A DNA stretch of 63,055 nucleotides, filler included, from Limisphaerales bacterium (GTDB lineage Bacteria > Verrucomicrobiota > Verrucomicrobiia > Limisphaerales > SIBE01): the NCBI GenBank assembly GCA_044225505.1. It is 10 parts of 10 records of this genome, joined end to end, with 100 filler letters (N's around TTAATTAATTAA, not from the genome) between each part and the next. Parts side by side here need not be neighbours in the genome. Positions count along the whole stretch, not along the records: positions 38,943 to 45,039 come from JBGAIN010000289.1; positions 45,140 to 51,106 come from JBGAIN010000290.1; 8 more parts are not named here. The stretch is one strand, 5' to 3'. Numbering within the stretch: the first letter of the stretch is position 1; every line of letters starts with the position of its first letter. Position numbers and translations under genes: made by a program. The notes under the pieces were generated by a model. It ran no database searches, was not told the origin of the DNA, and was given only the letters and a program-made list of their open reading frames with translations. This document shows, one piece after another, positions 41,005 to 51,206 of the stretch.

Positions 41005-42957
41005 TAGGGGCCGTCTGGCCTGCGGGGCAAAGGACTGACGCAGAGGGACTAGCCATTTTGTGCGGGACACTCGGAAACCGATTTCTTAGGCTTCCGGCAT
41101 GTCCAAGCCCAAATTTCGTCGTCCCGAAGCTGATGAACAGCACGTCCTGGATCATCTGACGGTCAGACCCATTCGGCCGCAGGAGCGCCGTCGTTATGAC
41201 GTTCTGATGAAGAAGCATCACTATCTCCATAGTCATCAACTGGTAGGTGAGCAGCTCTGTTATGTTGTAACCCATGATGGAGAATGGCTGGCGCTGTCGA
41301 GTTGGTGCGCCGCGGCGCGGCACCTCAAAGCCCGTGACACGTTCATCGGATGGACGGCCGAGCAATGCCGTAAGCGCCGAGCTCTTCTGGCCAACAACGC
41401 TCGGTTTGTCATTTTACCTGGCCTTCATCTTCCCAATCTGGCCAGCCGCGCGATGAAAAAGATCCTGGGACGGCTTTCCTCCGATTGGGAGCAACAGTTC
41501 AAACACCCGATTGTGATCGTGGAGAGTTTCGTCGATCCCGAACAGTTTCGGGGCACTACCTATCAGTGCAGCGGGTGGAGCCAGCTGGGTTTGACTCAAG
41601 GCTACGGGCGAGCGGCCAAAGACTATTACATTCAGCACGATCAGCCCAAGCAGCTCTGGGTCAAAGCTCTGGTTAAGAACGCGCCGAAAAAGCTGCGCGC
41701 GGACAAGCTCCCGGAAGCTTGGGCGGCGGTGGAGAATAAGGTCAAGCCGCGGTGCACGGCCAAGAGTGCTGATCTCAAAGCCCTAACCGATCACTTGGCG
41801 CGTATCCCAGAATACCGCTCCAAGCATTCGCTCGGCTTTCCCTTGGCCGGGATGCTGACTCTGATTGCGGTGGCGGTCTTCTGTGGGGTGGTGCGAGGCA
41901 AGAAGGATCTGGCCGCTTTCGCCAAGACCCTTTCCGAACACCAACTGCGGGCCTTGCGCTTCCGACGGGACAAGAAGACCGGCCAGCCGCGCTGCCCCGG
42001 GGTGACGACCTTCTTTCGCATTCTCAATGAGGTGGACGAACTGGCCTTAGAGTTGGCGCTCTTAGCCTGGCAGGACCAGGTGCTCGGGCCGGTGCAGGAC
42101 CGCATCATTGCCCTGGACGGAAAGGAGCTACGTCATTCCCAAGGGGGGGAGCTTGTCAGTGCCGTGGGAGCCCAAAGCGGTCGTTGGTTAGGCACCGTGC
42201 GCACGCCGGATAAGACCAACGAAATCACGGCCGCGCGCACTTTATTGGAACGGCTCAATCAGCGCTTGGACTTGAGCGGAAAAGTGATCGTTCTGGATGC
42301 CCTTCACACCAATCAGGAAACCGCCCGCTTAATCGTCCAAGAACTGGGAGCCGATTATCTCTTCACCGTCAAAGCCAACCAGGACTCACTCCACAAGCGA
42401 GTTTGCGGGCTCCTCCAAGCCCGCGCTTTCCCCCCCTCTGGATCCGACGAAGTTGGCCCAGCGGCGGGAGAAGAACCGGGGACGAAAGGAACGTCGACAA
42501 CTGCGGCTCCAGGACACCACTCCGGAGCAAGTATGTTTTGTGGCAGCAGCTCAGATCGGGGAACTGCAGAGCTGGACTGTGCACAAGGGCAAAGCCTCCG
42601 GCAAGATTTGGCCGGTCCTGACCAGCGCCGATCCGAAAATCTGGAAGGCTAAGGAGTTGCTCCAATGCCGTCGTGACTATTGGGGCATTGAAGGAGTCTT
42701 CCACCAACGCCTGGATGCGACGCTGGATGAGGATCGGAGCCGGGCTCGCACGCCCAGAGGGTTGACCGTTTTGGGCCTGTTCCGTCGGCTGGCCGTGAGT
42801 TTGGCCACGGCCTGGTTAGCCTGCCCTCGCCGACGAAGACAAAAGAAATCCACTCGAGACTTTCAGGAGCAACTCCGGGAAAATAACAAACGCCGTGCCT
42901 TCGATCTTGTGACTTCCCTCAACCCAAAGGCTTGGAATGCGAGATAGACGCGCCTTA
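41005..42957 (+). mobile_element. Complete ISAs1-family insertion sequence (~1.95 kb)
   Basis: Direct repeat CGTTCGTCC at 40996-41004 and 42958-42966; imperfect TIRs TAGGGGCCGTCT / AGACGCGCCTTA; transposase inside. Confidence 0.85.
41099..42947 (+). CDS. DruA/DUF4338-fused ISAs1 DDE transposase, split by a frameshift at TTTCCCCCCC (42427-36)
   Basis: ORF1: HHYLH..VGEQL, NNARF, NLASR, ESFVDP, then IALDGKELR, NEITAA, LDALHT, DYLFTVKANQ. +1 frame: EKNRGRKERR, RDYWGIE, LDATLDEDRSRAR. Confidence 0.85.
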
Positions 42958-43159
42958 CGTTCGTCCTGGGATAACCACAATCTGCTTGAATGGCGGTTCT
43001 CGTCCGGCATGTTAACGTATTCAAACGCGTTATGCTGGCTTCCATCTCCAGTCTTCGTCTGACGATTGACCGATCCAATCGGACGGCAACGAGATCAGAC
43101 TGCCGTGGCTAGCGGCGGACTGGAATGACCTGACCACGCTCTTCAAACTGCGATTCTTT

Positions 43160-44047
43160 ATGAAAAAGGAAGCGTCTTTTCCAACTCGTCAATCTCGGAA
43201 AGCTGCGCAAAAGATGCCGCCTGCGTTCACACTGATCGAGTTGCTCGTCGTGATCGCGATCATCGCGATCCTGGCTGGAATGCTTTTGCCAGCGCTAGGT
43301 AAAGCAAAGGCCAAAGCCAAACAAGCCGCTTGCCTGAATAACCAGAGGCAACTTGGCATCGCGACGGTCATGTACGTAACAACCAACGAGAAGTACCCTG
43401 GGTGCCTCTCGGTGGTGAACGGGTTTTATTATGTGTGGCCCGTGCGCCTTTTCAGCGAGATGGGAACCAATCACGCCGTCTTCTCCTGTCCCGCCGCGAT
43501 CCCGACAAGTCGCTGGGATACTAACTTGAACAAAACATTGGGCGGGCGAAAGGGATTGGACGGGCAGATCGATCCCTGGGCCATTAAAGAAACATCGCTC
43601 TTTTCGATCGGATATAACGATTGGGGACTCAACAATCCAGGGTTGCAGCCTCACCTCGGATTGGGTGGGGACATTGACGGTCCAGTCGCCGCGGGCATTG
43701 TGGTTAAGGATTCCATGGTCAAATCGCCCAGTGAAATGATCATGCTGGGCGATAGCAAACCGGGGAACGGCGATCTCAAGCCGAAGATAGGATCTTTCGA
43801 TGCGAACATCGATCCCAAGAGCCGGGAAGACGGCCCGGCCAATCGGCATAACTTCCGCACAGTGTTGATGTTTGCCGACGGCCACGCGGATGCCGCCCGC
43901 CGCAGCGACATTGTCGATCCCAAGAACGATCGTTGGCGCGCCCGTTGGAACAACGACAACTTGCCTCATTCTCCGCGCAGCCGAGACGTTCCCGTGATTG
44001 CGGATTGGGCGCTCAACGCCTCGGATGAGAAGCGGCTCGACCCGTGA
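43160..44047 (+). CDS. Prepilin-type N-terminal cleavage/methylation, DUF1559 (H-X9-DG) protein
   Basis: [47 protein letters not shown]. Confidence 0.9.
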   Translation: MKKEASFPTRQSRKAAQKMPPAFTLIELLVVIAIIAILAGMLLPALGKAKAKAKQAACLNNQRQLGIATVMYVTTNEKYPGCLSVVNGFYYVWPVRLFSEMGTNHAVFSCPAAIPTSRWDTNLNKTLGGRKGLDGQIDPWAIKETSLFSIGYNDWGLNNPGLQPHLGLGGDIDGPVAAGIVVKDSMVKSPSEMIMLGDSKPGNGDLKPKIGSFDANIDPKSREDGPANRHNFRTVLMFADGHADAARRSDIVDPKNDRWRARWNNDNLPHSPRSRDVPVIADWALNASDEKRLDP

Positions 44048-44111
44048 GAGCGCGGCGTGATTCCCAAACCGGGTGTCAAACTGGCTCGCGACAGGCCTTC
44101 CGCCGCTCCGC

Positions 44112-44750
44112 TTAGCGCTCCTTGGCTGCGGCATCAATTGCGCGCCGCCCGCGTTCGCTGAGTAATCCAGCGCCCACCAGTTTTCGAGCCAAATCCTTTT
44201 GCCGCGCTCCGACATGCGCGCTTTTGGAAGAGTTCATCCGTTCGGGCATGAGCTCGAGATTGGCAATCACGTGATCGAGTTCAGGCGCGACTGCCCTTGG
44301 GATGATGTGATCGACCGACAATTGATCACCACGATACGGCCCGCGTCCGACGGTCGCTGCGTTCCCACGTCGCATTTCCTCAAGGCCATTTGCGTCCAAG
44401 CAACCGAGCTTCTCGGCGATCTCGAGATTTCGGAGAAGTGCTTGTTTGGTCAAGTCGGCAGCGATGCGATTGGTGTAGCCAGCGCGGCGGATAGCCGCAT
44501 CCAGCACGTGCGCGGGCGGTAAACCCTGGGCTCGGGCGTGTTCCAGCCAGTAGACGCACTTTTGAATCCGAGGATTCGCTCCGCGCGGCGCCAGCGTTTC
44601 CAGTTTGCTCGGCTGGATGAGGACGGCGATACGCCGCGCGGCATCCTGGAGACTCAGGTCAAGAGTGACTCCGGCCGTGGCGAGTGTGACATAGGACCAT
44701 GGCAGAAGCCATAGTATCAGCCTGAATACCGTCGCGGACAGTGTTGCCAT
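44112..44750 (-). CDS. Exported protein with C-terminal HNH/His-Me-finger-like motif
   Basis: Hydrophobic N-terminal signal; SVDHIIP..IANLELMP..MNSSKS. Confidence 0.65.
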   Translation of the reverse strand: MATLSATVFRLILWLLPWSYVTLATAGVTLDLSLQDAARRIAVLIQPSKLETLAPRGANPRIQKCVYWLEHARAQGLPPAHVLDAAIRRAGYTNRIAADLTKQALLRNLEIAEKLGCLDANGLEEMRRGNAATVGRGPYRGDQLSVDHIIPRAVAPELDHVIANLELMPERMNSSKSAHVGARQKDLARKLVGAGLLSERGRRAIDAAAKER

Positions 44751-44844
44751 CGGGAGACGTGGTGCGTCCCGATGAGTTCAATCGACGCGCGTTCTTTTGT
44801 CCAGCTTGGCCTGCTCCCGCGTCGTGATGATTCTTAAAGGATCC

Positions 44845-44877
44845 GGGGCGCGGCTGTGTCCGCAGGACCAGCCGCAG
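44845..44877. repeat. REP-like palindrome, copy 1
   Basis: GGGGCGCGGCTGT-N11-CAGCCGCAG, same as 51056-51088. Confidence 0.6.
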
Positions 44878-44927
44878 AGGTGCGGATAAACCAAAGAACG
44901 ATGAATTCCCCGTCGTCTTCCCTACTG

Positions 44928-45039
44928 CCTGGTGTGGTGACCGCGAAGTCCTTATACTATCGTTGCGCTCAAAATGGGTCCTGGCGAGGCGCGACGGCGG
45001 AGGATAGCCGCCGCGCTCTCTGACCGAGGAGCAACGAAG
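44928..45039. repeat. MITE-like repeat end, copy 1 (truncated by contig end)
   Basis: First 40 nt match 62119-62158 at 33/40 positions. Confidence 0.6.
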
Positions 45040-45139
45040 NNNNNNNNNNNNNNNNNNNNNNNNNNNNNNNNNNNNNNNNNNNNTTAATTAATTAANNNNN
45101 NNNNNNNNNNNNNNNNNNNNNNNNNNNNNNNNNNNNNNN
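45040..45139. other. Artificial contig spacer
   Basis: N44-TTAATTAATTAA-N44. Confidence 0.99.
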
Positions 45140-46671
45140 GGGGGCGGGTCCATTTCGTCGACAAAATAGGGAAAGCTAAACTGCTCGCTGGCCGGGTCAT
45201 GGAGCGCGATATAAAAGTTGTTCGCAAGCATGAGCCCTTGAATGATGGAGTGGATTTTCCGATAGAGACTATCGAGATCATCCGCGGTGTGGATGGCTTC
45301 CGAGATTTGGTAAATCGCTTTTTGGATCCGCTCCTTCCGGTAACGCTCCGACTGGTTCAGGATGCTTCCGCGGATCAGTCGACGGCCCAGCGCGGGCAAA
45401 CGCACTAAACGGATTTCGCAGGGGACCACGCTCCCGTCGGCGTGGCGATGCCACCACTCGAAGACAGGCGTGCGCCCTTCCAAGGCCTCTTCCAACCGCT
45501 CCCGCGCGACCATCGTTGACGGGCGGCCGTCCGGCTGCAACGCCGGGCTGACGTCGACGGGGCCAAGGCGACGCAATTCCTCCCGGGAAAGGCCGTAAAG
45601 GTGCACCGCGTTCTGATTCGCGTCGATGAACCGACCGGTGTCGTAGTCGAAAACAACAATGGCGTCCGGGGCATGCTCGACTAACGTCCGCGCGCGCGCT
45701 TCGCTCTCCCGGAGCAGAACTTCCGCCTTTTCGCGCTCTTGAATCTCGGTGCGGAGGTTTTGGTTCGCACGGACAAGCTCGTTGGTCCGCTCGGTAATGC
45801 GGCGCTCGAGTTCGAGGTTGGACTGTCGGATGCGGCATTCCATCTCGGATCGGGAGGTCACTTCGCGCGAGACCATGACCAGCAGTTGCCTGTCGCCGAC
45901 TTGAATCGGGTTGAGCAAGACTTCGTAATGCGCGTCGCCGCCGTTCCGGCCGCGTCCCGTCCATTCGAAGCGTTGCGTCCCTTCGCGCAAGGCTCGTCCG
46001 ATTCTCTCCGTGGCGCGGTGTATGGAGGCCGCTCCGTCCGGCTGAAATTCGGGTGCAAGATTGCCGAACGGTTGCGAGAGCAACCACTCTTTGGTGCCGC
46101 TCCCGAACATGGCCACCGCCGCTTCGTTGCAATCCAGCGGGAAATGCGTGGCGGGATCGAGGATGATGATTCCATCAGCGCTCGATTCAAAGAGCAGGCG
46201 GAATTTATTCTCGCTCTGGCGCAGACCATGTTCCGCGGCTTTCCGCTCCGAAATATCCCGGGAGATAATCACGTGCACACAGCGACCGCCCAGATGCAAG
46301 GCTGTCGCGAGCACTTCAAGCGGCACTTCCACACCATCCGGACGCCTGCACAGCCACTCGAAGCGAAGGCTTCCATGCTCCTCCACATGCCGCACCATCT
46401 CGGCGACCCGCTCCGCGGTCCGTCGCCCGTCCGGTTGATACTCCGGCGAGAGCGCTTCCGGCCGCGTGTTCAATAGCTTCTCGCGGTCGCCGCAACGCAT
46501 CAAGTCGACGGCGGCTTGATTGCAGTCCACAAAAAGCTGCGTGAGCGGGTCGAAAAGCCAGATCGCGTCCGCGCTCTTGTGAAAGAACTCGGTGAATGCT
46601 TCCGAGTTCTCGGCGCGCGGCGACGCTCCCAAGGGATTCCCGTGATTTTCACTGGTGTTTTGGGTACTCAT
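45140..46671 (-). CDS. Multi-PAS/GAF sensor protein, 3' truncated
   Basis: Three PAS domains (DCN.AAV..SP..QPDG..FEW), a coiled coil, then the start of a GAF domain (NFYIALHD..SFPYFVDE). Confidence 0.85.
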
Positions 46672-46859
46672 GCAGCCACAAGCTCAACCCGCCCTCACTG
46701 GTGATGAAGGCTAAATGACTCCGGGACACGGAAACGGACTGGCTCGCTGGCCGTGTCTCTGGTGCCGAACAATCCCTATGTTCCCGGTCTGAGGGTGGGA
46801 TCGCAAGCGGAATTCTCAGTCCGGCTTTTCGTCATTCGTCGATGGTTGCCCAGGGTAAA

Positions 46860-48050
46860 TCACCGGGCCTGGCGGAGAACGCGGAAGGGCCGACCCAGAT
46901 GTTGCGGATGCGTTAGCGTTTGAAACTGGCGATTTTCCGCGATGGACCAGGGCCCAAACCTATTCACATCCCGATGGACTTCGGTCGCGATCGAGGTCAG
47001 GAACGCCGATTGCGACCCTTGGAACGCGGTTTGCAGGCCTTGGGCTCTGCCAGCCTGTTCCAGGACAGCGAAATCGATGTGCGCGGTGAGGTCTTGCCCC
47101 CCGGGGGCTGAGAGAGGGTCCGGTGTCAGTTCGTGCGCTCGATAGCTGCGCAAGGTCCCTTGAACCCGATACGGCGAAAGCAGGTTGAGAGTGTCCAGTC
47201 CGTAATCGATCGTCAGCAAGGAGCCAGCTTGAAGGCGCGACGCCGCTTGGCTCCACCAGGCGCGGACCGCCGGCGCCAGGTCCACAGTATAACCGTCCGG
47301 CAATAGCCCGAGCAACTCCCTTGGCAGCTCTGCCCAGAATGGCAACTGAAGCTCTTGCGCTAATTCCGGAGATGGGACACCCGTGGCCCGGACCCAAACA
47401 AAGGCGTTGCCGTTCCAGTCGACGCGCCATTCAAACCAGCGCTTTTGCCGAGCATCCCAGCCCAGTCGGAATACTGGGAAGGCGTCGAGAAACTCGTTGG
47501 CGAAGCAAACTCCGCGGACCCTAGAGGTTGGATATTCTTCCCAGGTGGGGAACCAGTGGACGTGTCCCGTGAATTGGCTAAGGGCGTCTGACTGAATCTT
47601 TTGGCGCGTCGGTGAGTTCTCCAGAATCCAGTATTCCAATCGGCCAAACTGATCGGGGCGATGTTCGCGAAACCAGGTGAGAATATCGAGGGCTAATCGG
47701 CCATCATGCGCGCCCGCTTCAACCAGGTGGAGTCTCCCCGCCGCGGCCAACCCGTCCGCCCGGTCTGATGGGGGGACGGTTGTCGCGGCGGAGGGCGAGT
47801 GAGTCGGTGCCCCGAGGGCATCCAACCAACCGGCAAACTCGAACGCGAGCAGCCGTCCGAAGAGAGGGCCGACGCTGACGCTGGTGTAAAAGTCGCCTTG
47901 GCAGCCGATTTGCTTTAAGGGCGGCTGTTGATAATAACCGTGAACGGGATGATAGAGCGCCAGCTCCATGAATCGGGCAAAGGAAATTGCGCCCGCGGCT
48001 TGGATTTCATCGCGGATGAGTCCGGCAAGTTCAGTATTGGCCTCTGGCAT
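46860..48050 (-). CDS. MidA/NDUFAF7-family SAM-dependent methyltransferase
   Basis: FARFMELALYHP..GYY, GDFYTS, VEAGAHDG, ANEFLDAFP, IDYG, QDLTAHIDF. Confidence 0.9.
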   Translation of the reverse strand: MPEANTELAGLIRDEIQAAGAISFARFMELALYHPVHGYYQQPPLKQIGCQGDFYTSVSVGPLFGRLLAFEFAGWLDALGAPTHSPSAATTVPPSDRADGLAAAGRLHLVEAGAHDGRLALDILTWFREHRPDQFGRLEYWILENSPTRQKIQSDALSQFTGHVHWFPTWEEYPTSRVRGVCFANEFLDAFPVFRLGWDARQKRWFEWRVDWNGNAFVWVRATGVPSPELAQELQLPFWAELPRELLGLLPDGYTVDLAPAVRAWWSQAASRLQAGSLLTIDYGLDTLNLLSPYRVQGTLRSYRAHELTPDPLSAPGGQDLTAHIDFAVLEQAGRAQGLQTAFQGSQSAFLTSIATEVHRDVNRFGPWSIAENRQFQTLTHPQHLGRPFRVLRQAR

Positions 48051-48095
48051 TGTCTAGTTTCTTTACAGGATGCCCACCGTCTGACTTAGGAATGT

Positions 48096-49190
48096 ATGGC
48101 GAAGATTGATGCCTTCTTCAACTTGATGCTGGAGCAGAAAGCTTCGGACTTACACCTCTCTTCGGGCAACGCGCCCATGCTGCGGATCAACGGCGAGCTG
48201 CACCGGATCGATTATCCGCCGCTCGAAAGCGATTCCTTGAAGGCCATGCTCTACGAGATTTCGCCTGAGTACAAGATCAAACAGTACGAAGAAACCGGCG
48301 ACGTTGATTTTGGCTATGAAATCGCCGGAGTGTCTCGTTTCCGGGCGAACTTCTTCAATCAGAAAAACGGATGCGCCGCGGTGTTTCGCCAGATTCCGAG
48401 CAAAGTTTTGTCGTTTGAAGACTTCGAGAAATTTGACGCGCCGCTCCCGGCCGTGCTCAAGAAACTCTCCATGCTGCACAAAGGGTTAGTGGTGGTAACC
48501 GGACCGACTGGGTCGGGCAAATCCACGACCCTGGCGGCCATGGTGGACTACGCCAACAAGAACCGCCGCGACCACATTATCACCATTGAAGACCCGATTG
48601 AGTTCGTGCACGAAAGCAAGAACTGCCTCGTGAATCATCGCGAAGTCGGGGTTCATACCAAATCATTTGCGGCGGCGCTGCGTGGGGCCTTGCGCGAAGA
48701 TCCGGACATCGTTCTGGTCGGCGAGTTGCGCGACTTGGAAACGATCGAACTGGCTTTGACGGCTGCCAGCACGGGTCACTTGGTTTTCGGCACACTCCAC
48801 ACTCAGAGCGCTGCCAAAACGGTCGACCGTATCATCGACGTCTTCCCGGGCGACCAGCAAAACAAAATCCGTGCAACCCTCTCAGAAGCGCTCAAAGGCG
48901 TGGTGGCACAAAACCTGTTCCGGCGCGTAGATAAGAAGGGACGCGTGGCGGCCCTGGAAATCCTGGTGTTCACAACGGCCATTGCGAACCTGGTGCGTGA
49001 AGGCAAGACCCATCAGATTCCTGGCATGATCCAAGTGGGCAAGAAACTTGGAAACCAGCCGTTGGACGACGCGATTATGGAACACTTGCGGATGAAACGA
49101 ATTTCGCCGGAAGAGGCGTACGACAAGTGTATTGACAAAAAGAAGTTTAAGATCTTTTTGCCGACTCCTCCGGAAGACGATGACGTTTGA
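48096..49190 (+). CDS. pilT: Type IV pilus retraction ATPase
   Basis: ASDLHL, GPTGSGKSTT, TIEDPIE, LREDPD..GELRD, GTLHT, AIANLVRE. Confidence 0.93.
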   Translation: MAKIDAFFNLMLEQKASDLHLSSGNAPMLRINGELHRIDYPPLESDSLKAMLYEISPEYKIKQYEETGDVDFGYEIAGVSRFRANFFNQKNGCAAVFRQIPSKVLSFEDFEKFDAPLPAVLKKLSMLHKGLVVVTGPTGSGKSTTLAAMVDYANKNRRDHIITIEDPIEFVHESKNCLVNHREVGVHTKSFAAALRGALREDPDIVLVGELRDLETIELALTAASTGHLVFGTLHTQSAAKTVDRIIDVFPGDQQNKIRATLSEALKGVVAQNLFRRVDKKGRVAALEILVFTTAIANLVREGKTHQIPGMIQVGKKLGNQPLDDAIMEHLRMKRISPEEAYDKCIDKKKFKIFLPTPPEDDDV

Positions 49191-49199
49191 GCTAATTTT

Positions 49200-49260
49200 C
49201 AGGTGGCAAGTTGAAAGTTAATGATGACCGGTGAGCCATCAACTTTCGACTTGCGGCCTG
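49200..49260 (+). other. Long intergenic hairpin between the pilT paralogs
   Basis: GCAAGTTGAAAGTTAATG / CATCAACTTTCGACTTGC, ~18-bp imperfect stem. Confidence 0.5.
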
Positions 49261-49277
49261 GTTCACGCTGATTTCGA

Positions 49278-50486
49278 ATGCGCCGCAACGATTTGGATCA
49301 ATTGATGGGGGTGATGCTGGACGCCTTCCCGGACGTCTCCGACCTGAACATGACCGTCGACAAGCCGCTCCAGGTCGAATCTTCAGGCCAACTCTTTCCC
49401 GTCCCCACCGAGCCACCCATCGCCGCGTTGACCCCATTTCAAGCTGAAGTGATCGCTCTGAATCTCATCGGCGGCAATCGCCGCTTGACTGAGGATCTCT
49501 TACGCACAGGCTCGTGTGACTCGTCTTACACCTTAGCAGGACGCGCCCGATTCCGCGTCAACATCTTTTCCCAACGCGGCAACTATTCGATCGTCCTCCG
49601 CAAACTGAACACATCGATCCCCACCTTGGTTGAGCTCAAGATGCCTGAAATCTTTCTTCAGGTCGCCAAAGAGAAGACAGGCTTGGTGCTGGTGACGGGG
49701 GCCACGGGTTCCGGCAAATCGACAACCCTCGCGGCTGTCCTCAACGAGATCAACGAAACGAAGTCCATTCACGTGATCACCCTGGAGGATCCGGTCGAGT
49801 TCGTGCATCCCCAACAGCAAGCGACGTTCAATCAGCGTGAGATGGGCAATGACTTCAGCAGTTTCGCCACGGGCTTGCGCGCTGCCCTTCGCCAAGCTCC
49901 CAAGGTCATTCTGGTTGGTGAAATGCGCGACCGGGAAACGGTGGAAATTGGACTGAGCGCTGCCGAAACGGGACACCTCGTCTTGAGCACCTTGCATACA
50001 ATTGATGCGGGGCAAACGATCAACCGTATCCTGGGTATGTTCGATCAGGAAGAGCAGGAGCAAGTGCGGTATCGGTTGGCGGATACGCTGCGCTGGATTG
50101 TCAGTCAACGCCTGGCCCCGAAGATGGGCGGCGGCCGTTGCGCTCTTCTGGAAGTGATGGGAGCGAACCTGCGCACCCGCGAAAGTATTATTCTGGGCGA
50201 AAGCGAAGGACGCAGTTTCTACGAGATTATCGAAGCGAGTTATCCGTTCGGGTGGCGAACGTTTGATATGGCGTGCTTGGACGCGTTTGAGCAGGGCCTG
50301 ATCAGTGAGGAAACCGCGTTGCTTTACTGCACGAAGCGTGGACCAGTCTCGCGCGGCATTGACAATATCAAGAAGCGCCAAGGCGAGACCACCAGCAATA
50401 TCATCAACCTGCGCATGAAGCGGGGCGAGGCAGCTGGCAAAGGCACCGATGCGCCGCCACTCCCGGCGACGCTGAAACTGAAATGA
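49278..50486 (+). CDS. PilT/PilU-family ATPase (second paralog)
   Basis: GATGSGKSTT, TLEDPVE, LRQAPKVILVGEMRD, STLHT. Confidence 0.9.
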   Translation: MRRNDLDQLMGVMLDAFPDVSDLNMTVDKPLQVESSGQLFPVPTEPPIAALTPFQAEVIALNLIGGNRRLTEDLLRTGSCDSSYTLAGRARFRVNIFSQRGNYSIVLRKLNTSIPTLVELKMPEIFLQVAKEKTGLVLVTGATGSGKSTTLAAVLNEINETKSIHVITLEDPVEFVHPQQQATFNQREMGNDFSSFATGLRAALRQAPKVILVGEMRDRETVEIGLSAAETGHLVLSTLHTIDAGQTINRILGMFDQEEQEQVRYRLADTLRWIVSQRLAPKMGGGRCALLEVMGANLRTRESIILGESEGRSFYEIIEASYPFGWRTFDMACLDAFEQGLISEETALLYCTKRGPVSRGIDNIKKRQGETTSNIINLRMKRGEAAGKGTDAPPLPATLKLK

Positions 50487-50489
50487 GCT

Positions 50490-50957
50490 ATGGCTCTGGA
50501 ACTGGACTTTCTCAATCCGAGTTACAAACCCGCCCTCCTCGCTCTTTCCGCGCAGGATGTCGTGGACGCCTGCAAAGACGTGTTGCGCGAACTGAATTTC
50601 AAAGTCTTGGTGGCGACCAGTCATGAAGACTTTGCCACGCGTTTCGGTAATATTCAGTTCCAATTGGTTGTGCTTGAGGAACAATTCGCCGCGACCGCCA
50701 AAGAAGAGAACACCAGCTTGCGCATGATTCAGCGCTTACCCATGAGTCAGCGGCGCCATGCGACCTTTGTGCTGTTGGGACACGAATTTCAAACGCTGGA
50801 TCCGTTGCAAGCCTTCGCCGAGAGCGTGCATGCCGTGGTGAACTGGGCGGATCTCGGTAGCCTATCCCAGATTGTCCAACAAGTTGCCGGCGAATCCACT
50901 CTCTTCCTCAACGTCTTCCGCGAAGCCCAACTCCGCGTAGGGCAGGGGAAATCGTGA
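50490..50957 (+). CDS. Hypothetical protein in the pilT operon (receiver-like fold)
   Basis: Starts 3 nt after the pilT2 stop; LPMSQRR..F.T.D...AFAESVH motif. Confidence 0.7.
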   Translation: MALELDFLNPSYKPALLALSAQDVVDACKDVLRELNFKVLVATSHEDFATRFGNIQFQLVVLEEQFAATAKEENTSLRMIQRLPMSQRRHATFVLLGHEFQTLDPLQAFAESVHAVVNWADLGSLSQIVQQVAGESTLFLNVFREAQLRVGQGKS

Positions 50958-51055
50958 GGAGCGCGGTCGGTGTCTCCCGTCGCGTGTGGCGGCATGCCTG
51001 CCCAGAACCTGCCCAATGCCAATCCTGGGGCGCGTTCTTCGTCACCTTGGGAATC

Positions 51056-51088
51056 GGGGCGCGGCTGTATATGAAAGATCAGCCGCAG
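51056..51088. repeat. REP-like palindrome, copy 2
   Basis: GGGGCGCGGCTGT-N11-CAGCCGCAG, same as 44845-44877. Confidence 0.6.
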
Positions 51089-51106
51089 TGTTGGCATTTG
51101 GTCCTC

Positions 51107-51206
51107 NNNNNNNNNNNNNNNNNNNNNNNNNNNNNNNNNNNNNNNNNNNNTTAATTAATTAANNNNNNNNNNNNNNNNNNNNNNNNNNNNNNNNNNNNNN
51201 NNNNNN
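51107..51206. other. Artificial contig spacer
   Basis: N44-TTAATTAATTAA-N44. Confidence 0.99.

Noticed and set aside
41099..41700. Druantia defence system
   Set aside because: The DruA-like domain is fused to a transposase inside TIRs and a TSD; no DruE helicase or other dru genes are on the contig.
49533..50684. Long antisense ORFs (e.g. 383 aa opposite pilT2, 306 aa at 43295-44215, 291 aa at 4998-5873)
   Set aside because: Shadow frames of well-supported genes in GC-rich DNA, with no motifs.
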